Part shown: positions 10,390-18,424 of the stretch, one piece after another | Position numbering within the stretch: position 1 is the stretch's first letter | Layout of the letters: every line of letters starts with the position of its first letter | DNA from: Patescibacteria group bacterium | Lineage (GTDB): Bacteria; Patescibacteriota; Patescibacteriia; GWA2-46-9 | DNA length: 64,000 nt | Direction: 5' to 3' | Assembly: GCA_041675205.1 (NCBI GenBank) | Contig: JBAYUF010000005.1 | Location: 6,159-70,158, forward strand | Program-made: the position numbers and the translations under genes | Notes under the pieces: generated by a model | The model's input: the letters and a program-made list of their open reading frames with translations, nothing else | Databases searched by the model: none | What the model was told of the DNA's origin: nothing

Positions 10390-11280
10390 ATGTTTCTTTT
10401 CTTTTTCAATCCGTTTTTGCTAGGGTACTTTATTTTACCCGCGTCATTGTTTGCTCTGGCGGTCGGTTTCTATAAATATCGTCAAAAGGAATTATCCGTC
10501 AATCAGAAAGCAAAAAAAACTGCCTTTGTTTCAGCAGTTCTGGTTTTTGTTGTGTACACTGCCTACACAATTTATCTGATTTCAATCTCGACTAATTCAA
10601 CCGCAATTTTGGGCGTAATAGAAATACCATTCTCTGGCATTCCGCTCGCATTATTTGCTTACGCAATTGAATGGTCCCTAGCATATTTGTTTTTTTCTAA
10701 AGTTACAAAGGAATCATATACCGGAGAAAATCATTCGCGACGGATAATCATTGCGGCTGTCGTAGTTGCACTCGTCGTAATTCTAGGATCGGTGGAAAGC
10801 TATAGAACCGCTCTTGCCATGAAAGTCAGCAATAGTACAAAGGCAGGGGAGATACAAAAAGTCTACGATTCTTTTTTTGTGAAGTACGATGATAAAATTC
10901 TGAGCCAAATTGCAAGTAATGAGTACACTCCTGTTGAGGTTTTAAACGAACTTGCCCACGATGATCGCGAACGTGTTCTTCACGAGGTTGCTCGTAATCC
11001 AGCAACGCCTCTCGAAGCGCTACGCTTTATGTATGAAAATCAGGGCAGCGAAAGATTTGGTGACAGATACGTAGCGTATGATCTCGCAGTTAATCCTAGT
11101 ACACCGCTCGACATATTGCTTGAACTTAGCAAGAGCGATGATGATGTGGTTCGAAGCAATAGCACATATAATCCCAATCTTCCCCTTGAAATTTTGTGTG
11201 AGCTAAGCAAAGAGCAAAAGGGCGTAGTGTCGTCGCAGGCCAAGTCAAATATCAAAGCCCGCGGGGTCGCCTGTCCTTAG
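10390..11280 (+). CDS. membrane protein with C-terminal leucine-rich-repeat-variant (LRV-like) repeats
   Basis: Four or five N-terminal TM helices, then three repeats of the NP(S/A)TPL(D/E)xLxxL...VR(S/E) type. AT-rich relative to the flanks. Confidence 0.55.
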   Translation: MFLFFFNPFLLGYFILPASLFALAVGFYKYRQKELSVNQKAKKTAFVSAVLVFVVYTAYTIYLISISTNSTAILGVIEIPFSGIPLALFAYAIEWSLAYLFFSKVTKESYTGENHSRRIIIAAVVVALVVILGSVESYRTALAMKVSNSTKAGEIQKVYDSFFVKYDDKILSQIASNEYTPVEVLNELAHDDRERVLHEVARNPATPLEALRFMYENQGSERFGDRYVAYDLAVNPSTPLDILLELSKSDDDVVRSNSTYNPNLPLEILCELSKEQKGVVSSQAKSNIKARGVACP

Positions 11281-11344
11281 TTGACAGTTACCCCATTTTC
11301 TATCACACTGTGTTGACTTACTAGTATCAAAACAATAGAACGAT

Positions 11345-11500
11345 ATGTCCCAGGATAACCTGATAAAATTGGAGTGCACGGTTTGCAAGCGTGTTAACTA
11401 CCATACTTTTAAGAATAAGAAGAAGATTAAGGAGCGTCTTGAGATCAAGAAGCACTGCGAATGGTGCAAGAAGCACACGTTGCATAAGGAAACGAAGTAA
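11345..11500 (+). CDS. rpmG: 50S ribosomal protein L33 (51 aa; absent from the ORF track because it is under 60 aa)
   Basis: Translation [51 protein letters not shown] shows the L33 CxxC...CxxC zinc ribbon and the [10 protein letters not shown]-terminus. Sits just upstream of tRNA-Trp as in many bacteria. Confidence 0.85.
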   Translation: MSQDNLIKLECTVCKRVNYHTFKNKKKIKERLEIKKHCEWCKKHTLHKETK

Positions 11501-11620
11501 CTAGTCGTGGATGGCTTATGGCAAGTAGCTGTAAGTAGCATTCATTCCGGGAAAGAATTAAACTATCAGGGTGTTATGACAATCTAGCGTTGCCATTTGC
11601 CAATGGCCTTTGCTAACTAC

Positions 11621-11694
11621 GGGGGCGTAGTGAAGTGGCATCATGCGGGTCTCCAAAACCTAAGTCGTAGGTTCGATTCCTACCGCCCCTGCCA
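11621..11694 (+). tRNA. tRNA-Trp (anticodon CCA), CCA encoded
   Basis: Acceptor GGGGGCG/CGCCCCT, D-stem GTGA/TCAT, anticodon stem CGGGT/ACCTA with loop CTCCAAA, T-arm GTAGGTTCGATTCCTAC, discriminator G. Confidence 0.75.
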
Positions 11695-11695
11695 G

Positions 11696-11735
11696 AAAAA
11701 TCCGTCACCATTTGGTGTACGGATTTTTCTGTTAT
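11696..11735 (+). terminator. intrinsic terminator hairpin (AAAAATCCGT...ACGGATTTTT), A- and T-flanked
   Basis: Perfect 10-bp stem flanked by an A-run and a T-run. A second, near-identical copy lies at 14652-14690. Confidence 0.7.
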
Positions 11736-11860
11736 TGGAAGGCGGAGTCGAACCTGGGGAAGGGGTCGGGGAACGGGAGTTCCCCGTGGCGGAATTATTC
11801 AAACCGAGGGGTTTGAAAGAGTCGCGGAGCGACGATGGTTCTAGCGAAGCGGATTCTACC

Positions 11861-11882
11861 GCCCCTGCCAGTTTGAGCTAGC
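11861..11882 (+). repeat. direct repeat of the tRNA-Trp 3' end (GATTCTACCGCCCCTGCCAG), att-like
   Basis: Matches 20/21 nt of tRNA-Trp positions 11674-11695. A further partial copy (CATCTACCGCCCTTGCCA) lies at 16262-16280. Confidence 0.7.
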
Positions 11883-11996
11883 ACAAGAAGCATCGTTTCA
11901 AGAGAGTACACGTTAGGATCAATACCCAGGCGAAAGCCTGGGTATTGGCGTATTAGGGCGAAAGAATTGAATTTGCATATATGATATTATGTCCTT

Positions 11997-12755
11997 ATGC
12001 GCGATGATGAACAGCCGGTATGTCCCAACTGTGGTTGGCCACTCCACATAGGCCAGCATGGGCCCCATCCTGAAGATGCTCCGAGAGAACCAACTCATCC
12101 ATTGCCGGAGGATTTGGCTCATCGGTTTGTGAACGGCACTATTTTTAATGATGCTGAAGTAGTAGCTGAAGGAGAACATGGTGATATCTATCGAGGCTTT
12201 ATTCGGGAGGAGCCGAATATTGGTATTCAAGCGGCGAAACTTCGGATAGATTTTCAGAAATCTAGTTCTTCAAATGCTGACACTCCAAAACAGGTACGCT
12301 TTGAATACGTACAGCCGGATAAAGTTGATTCAGAAAGTGATGTATTAGTGGCAGAAATGCATATCGCTCCATGGGGTAAAAATAAATTTGTTTTACAGCA
12401 CCGTTACGTTCAACCTGAGTTTCAAGGTAAACTTGGTCTTGGGACTAAACTTTTGCAGCAGGTAGAAAGTTGGTTAGCGCAAGTGGCGAGTGAAAAGAAA
12501 GAGGATGTGATTCTCGAAGTAGATACAGGCCAGAAGGGAGTGATTTCTTGGGTCGAGAAAAATGGTTTTTCTGTTGATCCTGATCAAGTCAAAGAATTGC
12601 AGGAGGTTGTGGATCATCCTGACCGATATGCGCTCGAAGACGTTCCTGATGTTGACGGATTGACTAAACCCGAATTCATTTTTAGAAATGATACCCCGGG
12701 CAGAACCGTTATTGACGCAGTTCGTTTTACTTTTAGTAAGAAGATTTCTGGTTGA
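11997..12755 (+). CDS. GNAT-family acetyltransferase with N-terminal CxxC zinc-ribbon-like motif
   Basis: CPNCGWPLH N-terminus; GNAT motif A-like FQGKLGLGTKLLQQVE. Confidence 0.5.
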   Translation: MRDDEQPVCPNCGWPLHIGQHGPHPEDAPREPTHPLPEDLAHRFVNGTIFNDAEVVAEGEHGDIYRGFIREEPNIGIQAAKLRIDFQKSSSSNADTPKQVRFEYVQPDKVDSESDVLVAEMHIAPWGKNKFVLQHRYVQPEFQGKLGLGTKLLQQVESWLAQVASEKKEDVILEVDTGQKGVISWVEKNGFSVDPDQVKELQEVVDHPDRYALEDVPDVDGLTKPEFIFRNDTPGRTVIDAVRFTFSKKISG

Positions 12756-12765
12756 ACAGAGTCCG

Positions 12766-12856
12766 CTCGAGGTGCATTGTTTTGATCATTGAAACAAGGC
12801 CCCAAAAGCCTTACTGGTGTTGACCGATTGAGGTTCGATCTCGAGGTGGCCTGCCA
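12766..12856 (+). repeat. structured intergenic repeat, family A, copy 1 (CTCGAGGTG...GGTTCGATCTCGAGGTGGCCTGCCA)
   Basis: Aligned by eye with four other copies. Conserved ends and a central AAGGC/GCCTT hairpin; the 5' hairpin varies in sequence but keeps its structure. Confidence 0.75.
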
Positions 12857-13032
12857 AAAGAGTTCTGTCTGTGAAAGGCCTTTTTAATACAGTAATCATT
12901 GACAAGGGATGCCTTTTTCCATACAGTGCTGCTCGTCGTGGATGTAGAAGATTCGTAAGTTTCAATTCACAACTCAGGGCTTGGTCGGCTCTGACCCACA
13001 GAGAAGCCGAAGAAATTCGGCAAGGAGGAACC

Positions 13033-13614
13033 ATGACCGCAATCCGAAGAGTAGTTGATATGCTGGGGCTCAATTGCTTGCCGTTACTCGTCTCGTTCCG
13101 CAAGGCACATGACGATCGACGGCAGGGAGGTGCTCGCAAGCCGCGTCGCATCGCGCCTCGTGTGCTCATCCGCTGCGGATGCTGCAAGCAACGCGTCGAG
13201 GTGTGTGTTGATGAGCATCCGACGGGAGATCCTCATGTTGACATGCTCGAAATCAACGGCGTCTATGGCAGCATCGACCAGTGGCGACAGGTGCTGCTGC
13301 CACTCCTCGGTGTACCGATGCCGGACGCTGAGCGTCGCGAAGCTCGTCTCGCGCTCGTTCGCCGTCGTATGGTGAACGACGGCAGGATGAGGGAGGCGGG
13401 AGACTGCAGATCGTGTGGCGATCCGGCGGAAGAGCCTGAAGGCGAAGACGTTCCCGCCGGTCTCTGTTCGGAGTGCCAGGATATGCAGAAGAAGGGCTGG
13501 CTCAGCAACACGGAGCCCTCGCGACCACTGGTGCCACGCGCATCGGATCGGAGAGAGCCTCTTACCCGAAGTGGCCCGGCGTATTCGCTTTACGATCCAG
13601 CGCGTCAGGGCTGA
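13033..13614 (+). CDS. Cys-rich hypothetical protein in a high-GC cassette
   Basis: Roughly 62% GC against about 40% in neighbours. Strong SD (AAGGAGGAAccATG). Multiple CxxC pairs (CGCCKQ, CRSCG, CSECQ). The track ORF extends upstream to 12871. Confidence 0.5.
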   Translation: MTAIRRVVDMLGLNCLPLLVSFRKAHDDRRQGGARKPRRIAPRVLIRCGCCKQRVEVCVDEHPTGDPHVDMLEINGVYGSIDQWRQVLLPLLGVPMPDAERREARLALVRRRMVNDGRMREAGDCRSCGDPAEEPEGEDVPAGLCSECQDMQKKGWLSNTEPSRPLVPRASDRREPLTRSGPAYSLYDPARQG

Positions 13615-13626
13615 TCGAATGTGCGT

Positions 13627-13680
13627 GGGGCGGGTTCGGTTGGTTGCAACAAGCTTCCGACCGACCCGCCCTTCGTCCTT
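13627..13680 (+). repeat. GC-rich imperfect palindrome, family B copy 1 (GGGGCGGGTTCGGTTGG-TTGCAACAAGCTT-CCGACCGACCCGCCC)
   Basis: Long imperfect inverted repeat with a conserved loop. A second copy at 24810-24866 follows the other high-GC cassette. Confidence 0.65.
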
Positions 13681-13711
13681 TTCAAACATTTTTTTATTTG
13701 AAGTTACTGAG

Positions 13712-13803
13712 CTCGAGGTGCGGCGTTTCGTTCATCTAAAATAGACCCCAAAAGCCTTACTGGTGTTGACCGATTGGGGGTTCGGTCTCGAGGCGGCCTG
13801 CCA
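13712..13803 (+). repeat. structured intergenic repeat family A, copy 2
   Basis: Same ends (CTCGAGGTGC ... CTCGAGGCGGCCTGCCA); hairpin GACCG...CGGTC fully paired in this copy. Confidence 0.75.
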
Positions 13804-13848
13804 AAAGAGTTCTGCCCGAGGAGGGCGGGACTTTTTTGTTTTTATTTT
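13804..13848 (+). terminator. intrinsic terminator (AAAAGAGTTCTGCCCG-gagga-GGGCGGGACTTTTTT)
   Basis: GC-rich stem with G-U pairs, A-run upstream and T-run downstream. Related copies at 12857-12885 and 16281-16320. Confidence 0.65.
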
Positions 13849-13910
13849 ATTCAGATTCAATTTCTCTGTCTGATACCAGGTCTTTCGGCGAGATATGACA
13901 GTATCAGAAT

Positions 13911-14486
13911 CTATATAAAATCGGTTTTTTGAAAATGCTGCCAGTCTTTTTGTTGCCATGTTCCGCCCCAGTCCCATCCATATTTCTTAAAAAGCTTAAC
14001 CACATGGCCGTCCGCTACTATTGCTCCTGTCGCACCGGGGTCATATGTCGCCCCTGGAGGAAAGACTGTTCCATCAATCGCGACGTAAGGGTTTGTTGCC
14101 GGGTTGATATCTATAGCAAGGCCGTATGAGTGATTAGACGGCTTATTTGTGCCGTAGATCAAGCGGTAGTTAAATGCTGAAGTGTTATTCGCAGCCATGC
14201 TGTTCTCGTCAATCCAGTTGTAGGCGACAATCGGAAGCATTTTTTCAATTGGGAAGCGTATCTCATAAAGTTGCTTGAAAATCTCCAGTACTTCTTGTTG
14301 CACCTTTTTATTTATAACTAGTTGTCCTGTATGTGTTCTTTTGTCAAAAGAAATGTAGTCGATAGTCAAAAGAGCTTGGCTATGACGAACTTCGTCGGGC
14401 ATTTGTCCAGCCAAGGATTCTTCTATTGTCATTGCGCTATCAATAATTTTGCTCATGTTTGCTCTCAGCAAGGTTATAACTTGCAT
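13911..14486 (-). CDS. M15-family zinc D-Ala-D-Ala carboxypeptidase/peptidoglycan peptidase (VanY/endolysin-like)
   Basis: SNHSYGLAIDINP and DWQHF zinc-ligand motifs. Start uncertain (Met at 14486 or 14456); the track ORF runs on into repeat A3. Confidence 0.6.
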   Translation of the reverse strand: MQVITLLRANMSKIIDSAMTIEESLAGQMPDEVRHSQALLTIDYISFDKRTHTGQLVINKKVQQEVLEIFKQLYEIRFPIEKMLPIVAYNWIDENSMAANNTSAFNYRLIYGTNKPSNHSYGLAIDINPATNPYVAIDGTVFPPGATYDPGATGAIVADGHVVKLFKKYGWDWGGTWQQKDWQHFQKTDFI

Positions 14487-14560
14487 ATAAATATTATCAT
14501 AAATAGGAACTCGTGATCGGGCCGTGTCACTTTTGTCACTTTTCACTAAATCCGCAGGTG

Positions 14561-14651
14561 CTCGAGGTGTGTCGTTTTGATCATCGGAAAAAGGTTCCAA
14601 ACGCCTTACTGGTGTTGACCGATTCGGGTTCGGTCTCGAGGTGGCCTGCCA
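14561..14651 (+). repeat. structured intergenic repeat family A, copy 3
   Basis: CTCGAGGTGT...GGTCTCGAGGTGGCCTGCCA, followed directly by the AAAAATCCGT terminator copy. Confidence 0.75.
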
Positions 14652-14690
14652 GAAAAATCCGTCACCGTTTTGGTGGACGGATTTTTCTGT
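14652..14690 (+). terminator. intrinsic terminator, second copy of the AAAAATCCGTCACC...ACGGATTTTT hairpin
   Basis: Near-identical to 11696-11735. Confidence 0.65.
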
Positions 14691-14773
14691 TGTTGGGTGA
14701 AAGGAATCGAACTTGAGAAGGGGGTCGTAACTGCAAGAGGAGAAGAAAAATTAGATTATGATAGAATAAGGTT

Positions 14774-15844
14774 ATGAAAATTGCAGATATCAATAAGTAT
14801 AGTTGGATAAAAAATTGGGGTGGAAACTGGAGTTTCCTGACGTGTTTTTACTTTGCCAATTACTATACAGGTGAAATGTGGAAGCAGATGGGTAAGGGTA
14901 TAAAAAAAGCCGTCATCATTTCGAATAATGGATATGGTTTTTGTTATTTCGATCCTAGTGATCGAGAATTATATGGAAAATACATAGGACTAAAAATAGG
15001 TAAGAATAAAGCGGCAGCTTTGAAATTTAGTAATGAACTAAAAAATCAAGCCGACACCTTGATTGAATATACTCACAAGTTAAGGAAGATGAAGACCGTT
15101 TCCTCAGTAGAGTATTATGATTTTCTGAGAAAATTTCTAGCATATTCTGGCCCGCACATGAGCATTCGGCCTACAGTTGATTATCTGCCAGAAAAACAGG
15201 TGAGACTGGTTCTGCCAATTTTCGAAAAAACTAGATTGTACGTAGAGGATGTTTATTTTGCGACAGAAGTGTTTATGCGTCATTGGGCCGAACAATTATC
15301 TGAACGAATGCGAGTCAATCCAAAATTCATACTCTCTTGCACGCCGTCCGAAATTAAGAATTATTGGCTTCATCAAAAGCTACCACCAACAAAGATTTTA
15401 AAAGCGCGATTTGTATCAAGCGGTATTATTTTTGATCGATTAGAAAACAAGGTTTTTGTTGGCCGCACCGTGGAAAGAATTGAAAAACTTCTTCAAGGCA
15501 GGCCGGACAAAAAAGAAATTAAGGGCCAAACAGCCTACGGAGGATTGGTTAAAGGTAACGCAAGAATCATTTTTAATCCTACGGTTCATAGCGCGCGAGT
15601 TTTTCAGAAGGGCGATATATTAATTACTGGAATGACAAGGCCAGAATTTTTACCTTTGATGCGAAAAGCTGGTGCAGTTGTTACAGATGCTGGAGGTATT
15701 TTAAGTCACGCTGCAATTACAGCCCGTGAAATGAAAATACCGACCGTCATAGGCACTACTGTTGCGACCAAAATTTTCAAAGATGGTGATATGGTTGAAG
15801 TTGATGCCACCCACGGAGTAGTAAGAATACTAAAATCACAGTAG
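14774..15844 (+). CDS. PEP-utilizing-enzyme mobile (phosphohistidine swivel) domain protein with uncharacterized N-terminal domain
   Basis: C-terminal GDILITGMTRPEFLPLMRKAGAVVTDAGGILSHAAITAREMKIPTVIG matches the PEP-utilizer His domain (catalytic His in SHAAI). About 37% GC. Confidence 0.6.
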   Translation: MKIADINKYSWIKNWGGNWSFLTCFYFANYYTGEMWKQMGKGIKKAVIISNNGYGFCYFDPSDRELYGKYIGLKIGKNKAAALKFSNELKNQADTLIEYTHKLRKMKTVSSVEYYDFLRKFLAYSGPHMSIRPTVDYLPEKQVRLVLPIFEKTRLYVEDVYFATEVFMRHWAEQLSERMRVNPKFILSCTPSEIKNYWLHQKLPPTKILKARFVSSGIIFDRLENKVFVGRTVERIEKLLQGRPDKKEIKGQTAYGGLVKGNARIIFNPTVHSARVFQKGDILITGMTRPEFLPLMRKAGAVVTDAGGILSHAAITAREMKIPTVIGTTVATKIFKDGDMVEVDATHGVVRILKSQ

Positions 15845-15935
15845 CTCGAGGTGCATCATTTTTGCCATCAAAATAAGGCCCCAAAAAGCCTCACTGGTGT
15901 TGATTGATTGGGGTTCGATCTCGAGGTGGCCTGCC
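15845..15935 (+). repeat. structured intergenic repeat family A, copy 4
   Basis: Begins immediately after the TAG stop at 15842-15844. Hairpin 3 carries compensatory changes (GATTG/CGATC). Confidence 0.75.
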
Positions 15936-16420
15936 GTAGAAGGAGGAGTGTCCGAATGGCTGTTCGTCTTTTCTGTTATATGAGTTGTCTAGACAGGTGT
16001 GTGTGCCTTCACTATACTACTTACTATATGGATGAATCACTTATCATACAAAAGCTGGTTTCCTTGGATGAAAAGATTAGTGGTATTGCGACTCAAGACA
16101 GCCTGATAAAACTTTCTGATGACATCACGCAGGCACTTGATGACCAGCTTGTTATTTTGCAAAGATTGGATTAAGAGAGGCTTTTCACTATGGAACGAAT
16201 AAAGAGAATTGAAGCGGATGTTGAAGAATTAAAATTACAACTGAAAGTGGCTTAAGAGCTTCGACTTCATCTACCGCCCTTGCCAAAAGAGTTCTGCCCG
16301 TCGGGGCGGGACTCTTTTTACGTGAGAGAATATTGAAAAAGAGGGTATTTTTTATTGTAGAAAGATAGTACAGCGAGAATCAGAGGTATGGTAAACTGAT
16401 TTTGCTGACTAAATGACTCT

Positions 16421-16918
16421 ATGAGAACTAGAAAAGAATTAGAGAGGTATGTTACTTCAGTCGGAAAGGATATTAAGGATTGTAGAATAGCTGTCGGTTC
16501 ACTCATTTTTGACAAGGAAAATAAAGTCATACTACTTGAACGTGGAGATAGTTCACGCGATAGTGCTGGTAAGTTTGAAGGTGTAGGCGGGGGTGTTGAC
16601 GCCGCCGAAGAAAATTTGCACGAAGCGCTACAACGAGAGATACATGAGGAAATCGGTGAAGTTCAGGTTGATATAAAAGAGTTACTCACCGTAATGATTC
16701 TACCAGGCTCGACGGGCGGTACGTGGGTTGTTCCAATTTATTTATGTAGATTAAAAAGCGGGGAGCCAATAGTTATGGAGCCTGATAAGATAGTTAAAAT
16801 ACATCATTTCAAGCTGGGGGACATACCCTACAATAAGCTGAGCGCGTATCAGAAAAGTACGATGGATGCTTATCGTGAGAAGTACGGCCAAGAAGTATTT
16901 GACGTTCTTTCGAGTTGA
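16421..16918 (+). CDS. NUDIX hydrolase
   Basis: Nudix box GGGVDAAEENLHEALQREIHEEIGE. Confidence 0.7.
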   Translation: MRTRKELERYVTSVGKDIKDCRIAVGSLIFDKENKVILLERGDSSRDSAGKFEGVGGGVDAAEENLHEALQREIHEEIGEVQVDIKELLTVMILPGSTGGTWVVPIYLCRLKSGEPIVMEPDKIVKIHHFKLGDIPYNKLSAYQKSTMDAYREKYGQEVFDVLSS

Positions 16919-16939
16919 CTTGCAGAAGGGATTATCTGT

Positions 16940-18424
16940 TTGGACTCACTACGTAAGCGAAATATGAAGTTTGATAATTTTGAAATTTACGAAAGAATTT
17001 ATAGTAGCCATTGGTTTCTGACTTCCTACAATGGAATCGGATTTATTTTTGATTTCCCAAAAATCGGCGGTGGCAATTTTCTAAAGAAAGTCATTTATGT
17101 GATGGAAAATCAGATGTGTCGCTATATATTTAATCATAAGGAGTTTGAGCTGGCTGCCAACTATACTGCCGATAAATTAATCAATAATAACAAATGGAGA
17201 AAAGAAGTTTACGAAAAAATTGATTATTTTACAAAACAGTATTTTGATGCAGGAGAAAATTTAAGAGATTCAAATTTATCTTTGCTCTCTAACAAAGAGC
17301 TAATTAAACGCATTCGACGAATAATTGTTTTTCAGCATTACCATCAAGTCTACAGTGTTTTGGCCAATGGAGTAGTTTTAGATGGCCGCAATCATATGTC
17401 GAATAAAATTCGAGATGAATTACGAAATAATTTAAACTTCCCTCCGAAGTTTGAGAATTATTGGAGCACATTAACTCAAATTACGAGGATGAGTCTTCGG
17501 CAGAAAAAAGATTATGAAATTTCTCTTTTAGCAAAAAAGGTTGGAATACTAACTCAGAAACAAATTGAATCAAAATTAAAAAAGCTGCATAAAGAGTATT
17601 GTTGGCTCGACTATAATAATATGGGACCGGCAACGTCGTTTGATGCGTTTCGACAGCAACTTAAAATGGCAAAGCGGAGCGATAAGGACTTGAATGTACC
17701 GAAGCGTTTGGCAGTTTTGAAGAAAAAACAAAGACAATTGATGTCTACATTGAAATTTAACCGAAGGTCTAGATTTTTGATTGCATTAGCCCAACAGGTG
17801 ATTTGGCAGAAAGGGTATCGAAAGGATGTTCAGTATCATGGATTTTATTGCTATGAGCCCTTGTTGCAAGAGCTCGTAAGAAGAAAAAAAGTTTCTGATT
17901 GGCAAACATTGAGTTTCCTATTCCCTTGGGAACTTGAGGGTTATATAAAATCAAATAAACCGACCACTGCTGAATTGGAACAAAGGCGCAAGCTTTCAGT
18001 CTTTATGGTGACAAGAGCGGGACATTCAATCATGGTAGGAAAAAAAGCAAAGATGACTGTAAAAAAATTTGGATCACTTGAAAATTTTACAAGTGTAACC
18101 GAAGTAAGGGGTCAAGTTGCGTATACAGGATTAGTTCGCGGTAAGGTTAAAATCATTCAAACTCCGTCAGACATGGTCAAAATGAACAAAGGGGATGTTC
18201 TCATGTCCCAGGCAACCAGTCCTGATTTACTGCCCGCAATGAAAAAAGCTGGTGCAATTGTTACGAATACCGGTGGTTTAATTTGCCATGCTGCAATAAC
18301 TTCTCGCGAATTAAAGATTCCTTGTGTAGTTGGCACAGCAAAAGCAACCTTAGTCTTTAAAGACGGAGATTTGGTAGAGGTTGATGCAACTAGCGGAGTC
18401 GTAAAAATAGTAAAATCAGAATAG
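16940..18424 (+). CDS. PEP-utilizing-enzyme mobile-domain protein, paralog 2, with larger uncharacterized N-terminal region
   Basis: C-terminal GDVLMSQATSPDLLPAMKKAGAIVTNTGGLICHAAITSRELKIPCVVG is homologous to the C-terminus of 14774-15844. AT-rich. Confidence 0.6.
   Translation: MDSLRKRNMKFDNFEIYERIYSSHWFLTSYNGIGFIFDFPKIGGGNFLKKVIYVMENQMCRYIFNHKEFELAANYTADKLINNNKWRKEVYEKIDYFTKQYFDAGENLRDSNLSLLSNKELIKRIRRIIVFQHYHQVYSVLANGVVLDGRNHMSNKIRDELRNNLNFPPKFENYWSTLTQITRMSLRQKKDYEISLLAKKVGILTQKQIESKLKKLHKEYCWLDYNNMGPATSFDAFRQQLKMAKRSDKDLNVPKRLAVLKKKQRQLMSTLKFNRRSRFLIALAQQVIWQKGYRKDVQYHGFYCYEPLLQELVRRKKVSDWQTLSFLFPWELEGYIKSNKPTTAELEQRRKLSVFMVTRAGHSIMVGKKAKMTVKKFGSLENFTSVTEVRGQVAYTGLVRGKVKIIQTPSDMVKMNKGDVLMSQATSPDLLPAMKKAGAIVTNTGGLICHAAITSRELKIPCVVGTAKATLVFKDGDLVEVDATSGVVKIVKSE

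Noticed and set aside
11621-11694. Interpretation of this element as a tmRNA 5' domain because of its GGGGGCG start
   Set aside because: It folds as a complete 74-nt tRNA with a CUCCAAA anticodon loop (Trp). No tag-peptide reading frame ending in a typical ...AA stop was found downstream.
11597-11881. 94-aa plus-strand ORF (MPMAFANYGG...)
   Set aside because: It runs through tRNA-Trp, the terminator and the hairpin-rich att-like segment, so it is an artifact of an open frame across RNA elements.
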